From: an uncultured Actinomycetota bacterium
GTDB taxonomy: Bacteria; Actinomycetota; Actinomycetes; S36-B12; UBA10799
Assembly (NCBI GenBank): GCA_963733395.1
Contig: CAVTCZ010000009.1
Coordinates: forward strand, 166,245 to 230,244
DNA: 64,000 bases
Direction: 5' to 3'
The notes beneath the pieces are model-generated. The model ran no database searches. It was not told the origin of the DNA and saw nothing but the letters and a program-made list of their open reading frames with translations. How positions within the stretch are numbered: position 1 is the first letter of the stretch; every line of letters begins with the position of its first letter. Both the position numbers and the translations under genes were made by a program. Shown piece by piece: positions 1 to 9,806 of this stretch.

Positions 1-688
1 TGTCGGGGTTGGAGACGTCGTACCAGCCCGAATCCGTGCCCAGCAGCACAGCCAGCACCGCCGACTTGTAGTCCGATTGGTCGGCCGACCCCCAATTGAC
101 CGTCGCGTCGCTCTTGCGCAGCGTCAGCCGGATCGCGTTCGGCGAGGTGGCCGACACCGTGGCGACCTGCGCACGCACCTCAGGTGTCATCCCCGCCAAC
201 GCCCGCAGCATTGCGGTGTTGGTGACTTCGTCCGGGGAGGTCATCACCGTGGGCAGGTCCTTGGGCTTCTGCGCGATCACGGCGAACGGCACACCATTGG
301 CGTCCAACAACTCCCAGCCGTCAGCGGCCTTCCGGACCGCGACAGCTTGCCGCTCGGACACCGTGATCAGCACGGTGCGCGGCCAGTTGCGGCGCACGTC
401 GACGGAGGCAACGGTCGGGAGGTCGGCGATCCGGGCGGTGGCGGCGCGCAGATCCACGCGCATCATCGGCGTCCCCTTGGCGATGCCGGCGGTGGTGACC
501 AGTTGCTCCGGCGAGGTGGTGGTCGCCCCTTCCACGTCGATGGAACTCACCCCCATCAGGGACGTCCAGCCAGTGGCGTAGACCGCCCCGGCGGCCAGCA
601 CGGCGACGCCGGCCCCGGCGATCAGCAGCGGACGCTTCGTCCGATGGCGGGGCGGTGCCTGCTCGCGCACGGGGTCGGTGACCGTCAT
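1..688 (-). CDS. ftsQ: Cell division protein FtsQ (5' part; the 3' end runs off the left edge)
   Basis: My own minus-strand translation from ATG 686-688 (ATGA overlap with the murC stop): [34 protein letters not shown] (TM helix), then POTRA-like VSSIDVEGATTTSPEQL...VRRNWPRTVLITVSERQAV. Lies downstream of murC as in other dcw clusters. Absent from the ORF track because no stop falls inside the window. Confidence 0.8.
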   Translation of the reverse strand, partial: MTVTDPVREQAPPRHRTKRPLLIAGAGVAVLAAGAVYATGWTSLMGVSSIDVEGATTTSPEQLVTTAGIAKGTPMMRVDLRAATARIADLPTVASVDVRRNWPRTVLITVSERQAVAVRKAADGWELLDANGVPFAVIAQKPKDLPTVMTSPDEVTNTAMLRALAGMTPEVRAQVATVSATSPNAIRLTLRKSDATVNWGSADQSDYKSAVLAVLLGTDSGWYDVSNPD

Positions 689-2106
689 CGGGCCGGCCCG
701 TCGAACCGGTCGGCCAGGAGATCCAACACTTCGGGGATGAGCAGGCTGATGTCGCCGGCACCGAGGGTCATGATGATGTCGCCGGGTTCGGCGCCGTCGG
801 CCAGATGCCGGGAAACAGCCGACCACGACGGTTCGAACACCACGTGGGCCGGCGGCAGCGGCACGGCGGCGGCCATGCCCGCGCCACTGGCCCCGGGGAT
901 CGGCACCTCCCCCGGCGCGAAGACCTCGAGCACGACCACGAAGTCAGCCAGGCCCAGCGCCTGTCCGAACTCGGCGAGGTACATGGCCGTGCGGTAGTAG
1001 TGATGGGCCTGGAAGGCGACTCGGATCCGCCCCTCCCCGACCACTGCCCGGGCTGCCTGCAGCGTTGCCGCGATCTCCGTGGGGTGGTGGGCGTAGTCGT
1101 CGAACACCCGCACCCCGCCGACCTCGCCGCGGTACTCGAACCGCCGACGTGTACCCACGAACTGTCCGACACCGGCCGCCACCTCGGCAGCAGGCAAGCC
1201 GACGCCCACCGCGGCAACCATCGCCGCGGTCGCGTTCAGGACGTTGTGCATCCCGGCAACCGCGACGTGGCACGCGACATCATCGGCCAGCGGGCCGCTG
1301 ACCCGGAAGTCCGAGCCCGCAGCGGTCAGCTGGTCGACCTGGATCAGGTAGTCACTGTCGGGACCGATGCCGTAGGTGCGCACGTCAACACCGGCCGTGC
1401 GAGCGGCGGCAGCCAGGCTCGCCGACCCGGGATCGTCCTGGCAGATCACCACGAAGCCACCACGTTCGCCGATACCCATGGCGAAGTCGTAGAAGCCGGC
1501 GGCCATCGCCTCGGCCGTGCCCCAGTAGTTCAGGTGGTCCGGCTCCACGTTGGTGACGATCCCGACCTGCGCGTCGAGGCGCAGGAACGACCCGTCGCTC
1601 TCGTCGGCCTCCACCACGAAGGCGTCCCCGGTTCCCAGATGGGCGTTGGACCCCGAGTCGTTGAGTTCACTGCCGATCGCGAACGACGGATCCTGGCCGC
1701 AGGCCTGCAGGATCACGGTCAGGATCGAGGTGGTCGTCGTCTTGCCGTGGGTCCCGGCAACGGCCAGCACCTGCTTGCCGGTCATGGTCATGGCAAGTGC
1801 CACCGACCGGTGCAGCACCGGGATGCCGCGTTCACGGGCAGTTCGCAGTTCGACGTTGGAATCGGCGATCGCCGTCGAGACGACCACGGCCCCCACATCG
1901 CCCACATTGGCTGCGTCGTGGCCGACCACGCAGTGCGCGCCGAGCGCCCGCAGTGCATCGAGCCGACGGGAGTCCTTGGCATCGGACCCGCTCACCCGGA
2001 CGCCCCTGGCCAGCAGCAGTCGTGCCAGGGCACTCATCCCCGCCCCCCCGATTCCGAGGATGTGCACGGAATCCGGGATCTCGGCAACGTCTGCGTCTTC
2101 GCTCAC
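685..2106 (-). CDS. murC: UDP-N-acetylmuramate--L-alanine ligase
   Basis: 473-aa ORF with [16 protein letters not shown] Rossmann motif and [11 protein letters not shown] Mur-ligase P-loop. GTGA overlap with the murG stop. Confidence 0.95.
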   Translation of the reverse strand: MSEDADVAEIPDSVHILGIGGAGMSALARLLLARGVRVSGSDAKDSRRLDALRALGAHCVVGHDAANVGDVGAVVVSTAIADSNVELRTARERGIPVLHRSVALAMTMTGKQVLAVAGTHGKTTTTSILTVILQACGQDPSFAIGSELNDSGSNAHLGTGDAFVVEADESDGSFLRLDAQVGIVTNVEPDHLNYWGTAEAMAAGFYDFAMGIGERGGFVVICQDDPGSASLAAAARTAGVDVRTYGIGPDSDYLIQVDQLTAAGSDFRVSGPLADDVACHVAVAGMHNVLNATAAMVAAVGVGLPAAEVAAGVGQFVGTRRRFEYRGEVGGVRVFDDYAHHPTEIAATLQAARAVVGEGRIRVAFQAHHYYRTAMYLAEFGQALGLADFVVVLEVFAPGEVPIPGASGAGMAAAVPLPPAHVVFEPSWSAVSRHLADGAEPGDIIMTLGAGDISLLIPEVLDLLADRFDGPAR

Positions 2107-3185
2107 TTCTCACCTTTCGCGGCGGCTGCAACCACCATGTTCGCCAATCGCGCCGCGGCGTCTCGCACTCCGTGCCGGGCGGCGTTGCGTGACATCGTCT
2201 CCAGTCTGCCGGGTACTGCGATGATCCCGAGCACGGCCTGCGCCAGAGCCTCCCCACCGAGGTCGGCGTCCTCGATCATGATCCCGCCGTCGGCCGATAC
2301 GACCGGCGCGGCATTGAAGCGCTGCTCGCCGTTGCCGATGGGAAGTGGCACGTAGATCGCCGGCAGCCCGACCGCAGCCAGTTCGGCACAGGTCATGGCC
2401 CCGGCGCGGCACAGAGCGAGATCAGCCGCCGCGTAGGCGTCGTCCATCCCGTCGATGTAATCCACAGGATGGTAGGAGGACACCGACTCCAGCCCGGCGA
2501 CCTGGTCGGCGTTCTTGGCCCCGTAGGCGTGCAGGACCTGCACTCCGGCGGCGTCGAGTTGCCCGACCGCCGCCACGGTCGCGGCGTTCAGGGAACGGGC
2601 GCCCTGCGAGCCCCCGAACACCAGCAGGCAGGGGCGGTCCGGGTCCAGGTTCCAGCGCCGGCGGGCGGCGTCGCGACGCGCTTCCCGGTCCAGGTGGGCG
2701 ATGCTGTCGCGCAGCGGGATCCCGATCCGCACAGCGCCGGGCAGGCTGCCGGAGGTGGCTTCGGCGACGAAGGGGGTGAAACGGCGACCCACCTTGTTGG
2801 CCAGCCCGGCCTTGGCATTCGCCTCGTGCACCACGATCGGCACCCGGCCCCGCGCCGCCAGGTAGGCCGGCAGCGCCACGAAACCCCCGAAACCCACCAC
2901 GACATCGGCGTGCCGAGCCGCGAGGACCTCTCGGCACCGGCGGACGGCAGCGCGCAGCCGGCCGGGCAGGCTCACCAAGTCACCGGATGGTCGTCGGGGA
3001 AGCGGCACCCGCGGGATGAGGTCCAGTTCATAGCCCCGGGCCGGCACCAGCCTGGTCTCCAGGCCTTCGGCCGTCCCCAGGGCGGTGACCACGGTGTCCG
3101 GGTCGGCGGCGCGCAGGGCGTCGGCGAGATTCAGCGCGGGCTCCACGTGGCCAGCCGTGCCACCGCCGGCCACGACGACCCGCAA
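2103..3185 (-). CDS. murG: Undecaprenyldiphospho-muramoylpentapeptide beta-N-acetylglucosaminyltransferase
   Basis: Track ORF 2103..3425 contains [17 protein letters not shown] (GT28 N-terminal motif). I trimmed the start to TTG 3183-3185, 9 nt after the ftsW stop, because the upstream residues look like non-coding read-through. The start is uncertain. Confidence 0.88.
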   Translation of the reverse strand: MRVVVAGGGTAGHVEPALNLADALRAADPDTVVTALGTAEGLETRLVPARGYELDLIPRVPLPRRPSGDLVSLPGRLRAAVRRCREVLAARHADVVVGFGGFVALPAYLAARGRVPIVVHEANAKAGLANKVGRRFTPFVAEATSGSLPGAVRIGIPLRDSIAHLDREARRDAARRRWNLDPDRPCLLVFGGSQGARSLNAATVAAVGQLDAAGVQVLHAYGAKNADQVAGLESVSSYHPVDYIDGMDDAYAAADLALCRAGAMTCAELAAVGLPAIYVPLPIGNGEQRFNAAPVVSADGGIMIEDADLGGEALAQAVLGIIAVPGRLETMSRNAARHGVRDAAARLANMVVAAAAKGEK

Positions 3186-3193
3186 CCCGGGAC

Positions 3194-4447
3194 TCAGTGG
3201 TACCCCCGGCGCCTCAACAACCTCGTGCGGGAGTCCCCCCGGCGCGAGCGCAGGGCGGTGGCCGCCTCCGGTTCGGCGCGGGCGAATGCCAACAGCACGC
3301 CGATGGCGCACAGACACATGAGCAGCGACGAACCCCCGTAGGACACCATCGGCAGCGGCAACCCGGTGACCGGCAGCAGTCCCAGGACCGCACCGATGTT
3401 GATCAGCGCCTGGCCGACGATCCACGCCAGGATGCCGCCGGTGGCCAGCCTGACGAACAGGTCATCGCTGTTGCGCGCCACCCGGATGGCCACGATGGCC
3501 AGGATGGCGAACATCGCAAGCACGCTCACGCTTCCGATGAGCCCGAGCTCTTCGCCGATCACCGCGAAGATGAAGTCCGTGTGGGCCTCGGGCAGTCCGC
3601 CCCACTTCTCCCGGCTGGCACCCAATCCGGTCCCCGCGAGCCCGCCGGTGGCCAGGCCGTACTGGCCGTGGATCACCTGGTAACCCGCGCCACTGGGGTC
3701 GGAGGCGGGATCGAGCCAGGTGCGGAAGCGCTGCATCCGATAGGCCACGGTCACCGACGCCAGCGCCACGAGCGCCAGCAGCCCGCCGAAGGCGACACCG
3801 AAGACCCGCGCCGGCGCACCCACGACGAAGAGCAGACTCGCCAGGATCGGGAACATCACGATGGTGGTTCCCAGGTCCCCCTCGAGCACGATGAGAACGA
3901 CAATCGCACCCCACACCGGGACCAGCGGCACCAGCAAGTGGCGCCATTCGTGGATCAGCTTGCGCTTGCGGGTCAGCAGGTCGGCGCCCCAGAGGATGAT
4001 CGCGAGTTTCGCCAGTTCACTGGGCTGGAACTGGAAAGGACCGCCGAAACTGATCCAGTTGCGCTGGCCGAACACTGAGACGCCGATGCCGGGCACGAAC
4101 ACCAGCAGCAAGCCGACGAAGGCCGCGATCAACAGGATCGGAGCGGCCTTGCGGATGCCGGCCACCGAGGCCCGGGAGATCAGCACCATCAGGGCCAGTC
4201 CGGCGCCGGCGAACATCAACTGTTTCTGGGTCACGGTGAGCCCGATGCCTTCGCCGGCCGCGTAGGTCACCACGTTGCTGGCCGAGAACACCATGACGAT
4301 GCCCAGCACCATCAGCAGCATCGTCGTGCTCAGCAGCAGCGCGTAGTTGGCCAGCGGATGGTTCCACCACCGGCGCAGGGTCTCACCGCCCGGGATGAGG
4401 TGCCAGGCTCCCGACGATTGCGTGCCGGTGGGGTTCGTCGTGGCCAT
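3194..4447 (-). CDS. ftsW: SEDS-family peptidoglycan glycosyltransferase FtsW
   Basis: ATG 4445-4447 (TGATG overlap with the murD stop) lies inside the 899-aa track [11 protein letters not shown]..., polytopic membrane protein with [17 protein letters not shown] and MVSYGGSS motifs. The upstream ~480 aa of the track ORF are an Arg-rich shadow of murD. Confidence 0.9.
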   Translation of the reverse strand: MATTNPTGTQSSGAWHLIPGGETLRRWWNHPLANYALLLSTTMLLMVLGIVMVFSASNVVTYAAGEGIGLTVTQKQLMFAGAGLALMVLISRASVAGIRKAAPILLIAAFVGLLLVFVPGIGVSVFGQRNWISFGGPFQFQPSELAKLAIILWGADLLTRKRKLIHEWRHLLVPLVPVWGAIVVLIVLEGDLGTTIVMFPILASLLFVVGAPARVFGVAFGGLLALVALASVTVAYRMQRFRTWLDPASDPSGAGYQVIHGQYGLATGGLAGTGLGASREKWGGLPEAHTDFIFAVIGEELGLIGSVSVLAMFAILAIVAIRVARNSDDLFVRLATGGILAWIVGQALINIGAVLGLLPVTGLPLPMVSYGGSSLLMCLCAIGVLLAFARAEPEAATALRSRRGDSRTRLLRRRGYH

Positions 4448-5886
4448 CAGGACGACTCCAACGCGGCGACGGCGGCGGCGAACTCCCGGCCCCGCTGCGC
4501 GTAGTCGGTGAACATGTCCCACGAGGCGCACCCCGGGGCCAGCAACACCGTATCCCCAGGCTGTGCCGCACCAGCCGCTCGTCGCACCACTTCCCGCATT
4601 GCTCCAGTGTCCGTGGCGGCCACCTCTTCGACCGGCACATCCGGTGCGTGTCGCTGCAGTGCCTCGCGGATGAGCCCCCGGTCGGCCCCGAGCAGCACCA
4701 CCGCACGCAGCCGATCGGCGTGGCGCTGCACCAGGTCGTCGAACGTCTGCCCCTTCGCAAGCCCACCTGCGACCCACACCACCGGGTCGTAGGCCCGCAG
4801 CGACATGTCCGCGGCGTGCGCATTCGTGGCCTTCGAGTCGTCGATGTAGAGCACATCGTCGACGCGACCCACCTCGGCGATGCGGTGGGCCGCCGGCCGG
4901 AAGGTGCGCAGGCCGTCGCGGATGTGCCGGGGGTCCACCCCGAAGGATCTGGCCAGGGCCGCGGCGGCCAGTGCGTTGGCGGTCTGGTGCGGCACCGGCG
5001 GATGCACGTCTGCCAACGTGGCCAGTTCCAGCGCATGGGTGGCCCGCTGCGCCACGAACGCCCGGTCGGCCAGGATGTCGTCGACGATCCCGACCTCGGA
5101 GCGACCGGGGATGCCCAGCGTGAAGCCGATCGCCCGGCAGCCCTCGATCACGTCGGCCTGCTCCACCATGCGGATGGTTTCCGGATCCTGCGAGTTGTAG
5201 ACGCACGCCACCTGCGTGCGCTCGTAGACCCGAGCCTTCGCGTCGCGGTAGGCCGCGAAGGAGCCGAAGAAGTCGACATGGTCCTCGGCCAGGTTCAGAC
5301 AGGCCGCGGCGTGGGGGGAAACGGTGTGCACGAACGGCAGTTGCGGCGCCCCGACCTCGACGGCGAGCACGTCGTAGGGCTGCGGATCCAGGACCGTGGA
5401 CACGAGGCTGACGCCGATGTTGCCCACAGCGTCTGTCCGCAGCCCGGCAGCCCGCAGCATCGAGGCGAGCATCAGGGTCGTCGTCGTCTTCCCGTTGGTG
5501 CCGGTGACGAACAGCCAGGGGGCGCCCCCGGGGTCCCGCACCCGCCACGCGAGCTCCAACTCCCCCCACACCGGCATCCCGGCGGCTTGCGCCGCTGTGG
5601 TGATCGGCGCACTCGGCGGCAGCCCCGGCGAGACCACGAGCAGGTCGGCCTCGGGCAGGCTGCGACCGTCCCCGAGACGCACGGTGGCTCCGAGCACCTC
5701 CAGGATCTGCGCCTTGTTCCGCTGTTCGGGACCGTGCGACTCGTCGACGATCACGACATCGGCACCTCGCTGCAGCAGGGCATCGGCGCAGGCGAAACCT
5801 GCGATGCCGATCCCCGCGACGGCGACCCGCAACCCGGACCAGTCGGCGGTACCAGGATTCGGCAGTTGCTTCACAGACGCACCCAT
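4447..5886 (-). CDS. murD: UDP-N-acetylmuramoylalanine--D-glutamate ligase
   Basis: RVAVAGIGIAGFACADALL, then the VTGTNGKTTTT P-loop. Start is ATG 5884-5886; the alternative GTG 5872-5874 would give a GTGA overlap with the mraY stop. Confidence 0.9.
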   Translation of the reverse strand: MGASVKQLPNPGTADWSGLRVAVAGIGIAGFACADALLQRGADVVIVDESHGPEQRNKAQILEVLGATVRLGDGRSLPEADLLVVSPGLPPSAPITTAAQAAGMPVWGELELAWRVRDPGGAPWLFVTGTNGKTTTTLMLASMLRAAGLRTDAVGNIGVSLVSTVLDPQPYDVLAVEVGAPQLPFVHTVSPHAAACLNLAEDHVDFFGSFAAYRDAKARVYERTQVACVYNSQDPETIRMVEQADVIEGCRAIGFTLGIPGRSEVGIVDDILADRAFVAQRATHALELATLADVHPPVPHQTANALAAAALARSFGVDPRHIRDGLRTFRPAAHRIAEVGRVDDVLYIDDSKATNAHAADMSLRAYDPVVWVAGGLAKGQTFDDLVQRHADRLRAVVLLGADRGLIREALQRHAPDVPVEEVAATDTGAMREVVRRAAGAAQPGDTVLLAPGCASWDMFTDYAQRGREFAAAVAALESS

Positions 5887-6939
5887 TCCGCATAGAACAG
5901 CGACAAGGCTGCCGCCACGAACAACGCTTGGACGATCCAGAACCGCACGACGATCGTGACCTCGCCCCACCCCTTCATCTCGAAGTGATGGTGCAGTGGC
6001 GCCATCCGGAACATCCGTTTACCAGTCAGCTTGAAACTGCCGACCTGGCCGATCACCGACAGCGTGATGATGAGGAAGAGGCCACCCATCAACGGCAGCA
6101 ACAGTTCGGTGCGGCTCAGGATCGCCAGCGCCGCGATACCGCCACCGAGACCCAAGGAGCCGGTGTCGCCCATGAAGATCTGTGCCGGCGAGGTGTTCCA
6201 CCACAGGAACCCCACGCACGCTCCGGCCATCGCCGCGGCCACCACCGCGAGATCCAGCGGATCCCGCACGTCGTAGCAGCGGACGAACCGCCCGAACGAG
6301 CAGTTCTGGCCGTACTGCCAGACCCCCAGCAAGGTGTACGCCATGAACGTGATCGCGCTGGCGCCTGCCGCCAGTCCGTCCAGGCCATCGGTCAGGTTGA
6401 CGGCGTTGGTGGAGGCGGTGATGAGGAACCAGATCCAGATCAGCAGCAGTGCCGTCGGCAGCACGATCGGTGTGTCCCGGACCAGGGACACGGCGTTCGA
6501 CGCCGGTGTCCGGCCGTACTCGTCGGGCCACAGCGTGGTGCCGTAGGCGAAGGTGAGCGCGACGAGGGCCTGCCCGATGAGTTTGGTCCGGGCCCGGATG
6601 CCGGTCGAGCGCTGCTTGAAGATCTTCAGGTAGTCATCGGCGGCACCGACCAGGCCCAGGCCCACGATCAGGTATATCGCCAAGCAGGCCCGAAGCCGAT
6701 GGCGCTTGCCAGACATACAGGTGGGACAGGGCGTAGCCCACGACCAGGGCGATGAGGATGGCCAGGCCGCCCATGGACGGGGTTCCGCGCTTACCCTCGT
6801 GCTCCGGGTAGGGAACACCCTCGGTGGAGACGCGGATCGCCTGCGAGTATCCGTGGCGTTGCAGGAACCGCATGAGCAGCGGGGTGCCCAGCAAGGTGAC
6901 CAGCAGCGCGATCAGCCCCGCGATGACTACCAGTTTCAC
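5871..6939 (-). pseudogene. mraY: Phospho-N-acetylmuramoyl-pentapeptide transferase MraY, split by a net +1 nt frameshift near 6680
   Basis: The N-terminal 75 aa (MKLVVIAGLIALLVTLLGTPLLMRFLQRHGY...KRGTPSMGGLAIL...ASGLL) are in ORF 6634..6939. The rest (AIYLIVGLGLVGAADDYLK...NAVNLTDGLDGLA...FMGDTGSLGLGG...MAPLHHHFE) is in ORF 5871..6818. Total span is 1069 nt, which is 3n+1. Confidence 0.9.
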
Positions 6940-8309
6940 GCGTCATCCCCCAGCAGCGCTTGCGCGACCTGCTCGAGGCCGATCGCGCGAGAGGCCTTGA
7001 CCAGGACCACGTCATCGGGCCGCACCTGCTCCTGCAGGACGGCCACCGCCTGCTCGACGGTGTCGACGGCCATCGACTCGTCCCCCCAGGAGCCTTCGTG
7101 CGCCGCCCCCATGTGAATCGGCCGGGCGCCGTCACCGACGGCGATCAGATGGGAGATGTTCAACCGCACGCACAGCCGGCCGATCGCGTCGTGCTCGACC
7201 GCCGAGGTGGGACCGAGTTCTCGCATCTCCCCGAGCACCGCCCACGTGCGCCGGCCCCGGCCGATCGCGGCGAGGGCCCGCAGCCCGGCGGCCATGGATT
7301 CCGGGTTGGCGTTGTACGCGTCGTTGATGACCGTCACCCCGGCAGCGGTCTGGCGCACCTCCATGCGCCACTGGCTGTCCAGCGAGACCCCCTGCAGGCT
7401 CCCGGCGGCTTGGACGAAGTCGAGTCCGAGGGCCACCGCCGCGGCCACCGCGGCCGCGATGTTGGCGCCCTGGTGCTCGCCGTACAGGGCCGGGCGGATC
7501 TGCACGCGGTCGTGACCGTGCTGCAGAGTCACCACCGGCCGGCCGCCGTCGAGGTCGAGCGCAGTGACCCGGACGTCCGCCCCGGGGGCGTGACCGAATG
7601 TGATCACCCGGCCGGGTGCCCGGTGCGCCTGGGCCATCACGCGCTCGTCGTCGGCGTTCAGCACCGCCACGCCCTCGGGTCCCAGTGCCGACAGGATCTC
7701 GGCCTTCGCCTCGGCGATCCCCTCCCGGCTGCCGAACTCCGACAGGTGCGCCTGCCCGACGTTGAGGAAGATGCTGACATCAGGCGGGGCGATCGTGCAC
7801 AGGTATCCGATGTGCCCCTTGCCCCTGGCCCCCATCTCGGCCACCAAGTAGCGCGTCGATTCGGTGACCTCGAAGACGGTCCGCGGCAGCCCGAGTTCGT
7901 TGTTGAAGGACCCCTGGGGCGCGATGGTCGGCGCGAAGGACGACAGCACGACCCGCAACAGGTCCTTGGTGCTGGTCTTGCCCGAGGAGCCGGTCAGTGC
8001 GACCACCCTCAGCTCGGGACAGGCACCGATGACGGCCCGGGCCAAGCGGCCGGCGGCGACGACGGTGTCCTCGACCAGGATGTGCGGGCCCGTCACCTCG
8101 CTGCTGACCAGGGCCGCCGGGCAGCCGCCGGCCAGCGCCTGGCCGACGTGATCGTGGCCATCGTGGCTCTCGCCGACGACGGCGACGAACAATGCCCCGC
8201 CGGTTGCTTCCCGGGAATCGGTCACCACGGAGGTGACGACCTGGTCCGGTTCCCCGCGCAGCGATCCACCGACCGCCGCAGCGACTTCAGCCAAGGTCAT
8301 CGCGATCAC
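6936..8309 (-). CDS. murF: UDP-N-acetylmuramoyl-tripeptide--D-alanyl-D-alanine ligase
   Basis: 457-aa ORF with the LTGSSGKTSTKDL P-loop. Overlaps the murE stop and the mraY start, as in a coupled operon. Confidence 0.92.
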   Translation of the reverse strand: MIAMTLAEVAAAVGGSLRGEPDQVVTSVVTDSREATGGALFVAVVGESHDGHDHVGQALAGGCPAALVSSEVTGPHILVEDTVVAAGRLARAVIGACPELRVVALTGSSGKTSTKDLLRVVLSSFAPTIAPQGSFNNELGLPRTVFEVTESTRYLVAEMGARGKGHIGYLCTIAPPDVSIFLNVGQAHLSEFGSREGIAEAKAEILSALGPEGVAVLNADDERVMAQAHRAPGRVITFGHAPGADVRVTALDLDGGRPVVTLQHGHDRVQIRPALYGEHQGANIAAAVAAAVALGLDFVQAAGSLQGVSLDSQWRMEVRQTAAGVTVINDAYNANPESMAAGLRALAAIGRGRRTWAVLGEMRELGPTSAVEHDAIGRLCVRLNISHLIAVGDGARPIHMGAAHEGSWGDESMAVDTVEQAVAVLQEQVRPDDVVLVKASRAIGLEQVAQALLGDDA

Positions 8310-9799
8310 GAGGCACCATCCAACAGTTCCCGGGCGATCTGCCGGTCGTCGAACGGGTGGATGACACCCGCGACCTCCTGGCCGGTCTCGTGACCCTTGC
8401 CCAGGATCATCACCGTGTCGCCGCGATCCGCCGCCCGGATGGCGCTCGCGATCGCCTCCGCGCGGTCGCCGATCTCCCGCACATCGGCTCCGGGAACGGC
8501 CAGCGCCCCGGCCAGGACCGACGCCCGGATGGCGGCAGGATCCTCCGAGCGGGGGTTGTCGTCGGTGATCACCACATGGTCGGCCAACTCAGCCGCGATC
8601 CGCCCCATCGCGGGGCGCTTGACGAAATCCCGGTCTCCACCACATCCGATCACACACCAGATTTTGCCCTGTGTCAGTGGCCGGATCGCCAGCAGCGCCC
8701 GTTCCACGGCGTCCGGGGTGTGCGCGTAGTCGACGATGACGGTGCCACCGTCCCCCGGCACCACCTCCATCCGGCCCGGTACGCCGTGGAAGGCCTCGAG
8801 CGCCGCGGCCGCCGCCTCGGGCTCGTGGCCGGCCTCGATCAGCAGCACCACCGCGGCCAGCGCGTTGGCCACGTTGAACTCCCCGGGAGCGCGCACCCGG
8901 ACCGGCAGCACGACGTCGCCGCGGGCCGCGTGGAAGGTGGAGCCCGCCGCATCGGCCTCGACACCCCGCGCCGTCCAGGTGGCGCTCGGAGTGAGTCCGT
9001 ACGTCACGTGCGGCACCTCGGTCGTCTCGGCCAGCCGCCGGCCCCACGGGTCATCGACGTTGATGACCCCCCGTCGACAGCGTTGCGTCGTGAACAAGCT
9101 CGCTTTGGCGTCGAAGTACTCGTCCATGTCGCCGTGGAAATCCAGGTGGTCCGGGCTGAGGTTGGTGAAAGCAACCAGGTCGAACCGGATCCCGTCGACC
9201 CGGCCGAGGACCAGTGCGTGGCTCGAGACCTCCATGGCCAGCGCCGTGGTGCCGGAGTCCACCATCAAGGCCATCAGCGCCTGCAGGTCCGGCGCCTCCG
9301 GGGTGGTGCGGACCGTGGGCAGTCGCCGGCCGCGCACGAAGGTGCCGGTCGTGCCGATCAGGCCGGTGGGCTCGCCCAGCGCCTGCAAGGCCGCTGCCAG
9401 CATGTACGTCACGGTGGTCTTGCCGTTCGTGCCGGTGATCCCGAAGGTCCGCAGTCGTTGCGCGGGATAGCCGTAGATCAATGCACTGACGTCGCCGAGC
9501 CGGCCCCGGGGATCGGCGCATACCACGACCGGAAGGTGGAGCCCGGTCAGCAACTGCCCGCCGGGCTCGTCTGTGAGAACCGCCACCGCACCCCGATCGG
9601 CTGCCGCGTCGGCGAAGCGGGCCCCATGCGTCTTCGCACCGGGAAGCGCCGCGTACAGATCTCCTGGCTGGACGCCGGACGACGACAGGGTGACCCCCGT
9701 GACGGCGCCCTCTTGCGCGGGGACCGCCAGCAGGGCACAGACTTCGCTCAGCGGGACTGGCGCCGTCGGCTTCCGCGAGAGATGCTCGGCCTCGGACAC
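8306..9799 (-). CDS. murE: UDP-N-acetylmuramoyl-L-alanyl-D-glutamate--2,6-diaminopimelate ligase
   Basis: 497-aa ORF with ITGTNGKTTVTYM P-loop and the DNPRSEDP motif typical of MurE. Confidence 0.92.
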   Translation of the reverse strand: MSEAEHLSRKPTAPVPLSEVCALLAVPAQEGAVTGVTLSSSGVQPGDLYAALPGAKTHGARFADAAADRGAVAVLTDEPGGQLLTGLHLPVVVCADPRGRLGDVSALIYGYPAQRLRTFGITGTNGKTTVTYMLAAALQALGEPTGLIGTTGTFVRGRRLPTVRTTPEAPDLQALMALMVDSGTTALAMEVSSHALVLGRVDGIRFDLVAFTNLSPDHLDFHGDMDEYFDAKASLFTTQRCRRGVINVDDPWGRRLAETTEVPHVTYGLTPSATWTARGVEADAAGSTFHAARGDVVLPVRVRAPGEFNVANALAAVVLLIEAGHEPEAAAAALEAFHGVPGRMEVVPGDGGTVIVDYAHTPDAVERALLAIRPLTQGKIWCVIGCGGDRDFVKRPAMGRIAAELADHVVITDDNPRSEDPAAIRASVLAGALAVPGADVREIGDRAEAIASAIRAADRGDTVMILGKGHETGQEVAGVIHPFDDRQIARELLDGAS

Positions 9800-9806
9800 G
9801 AACGGC

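Noticed and set aside
3194-5893. 899-aa ORF suggesting a giant FtsW fusion. Likewise the 1032-aa ORF at 22961..26059 suggests a giant GH2.
   Set aside because: Only the C-terminal parts (from ATG 4447 and GTG 24305) look like real proteins. The N-terminal parts are out-of-frame read-through over murD and the MFS gene.
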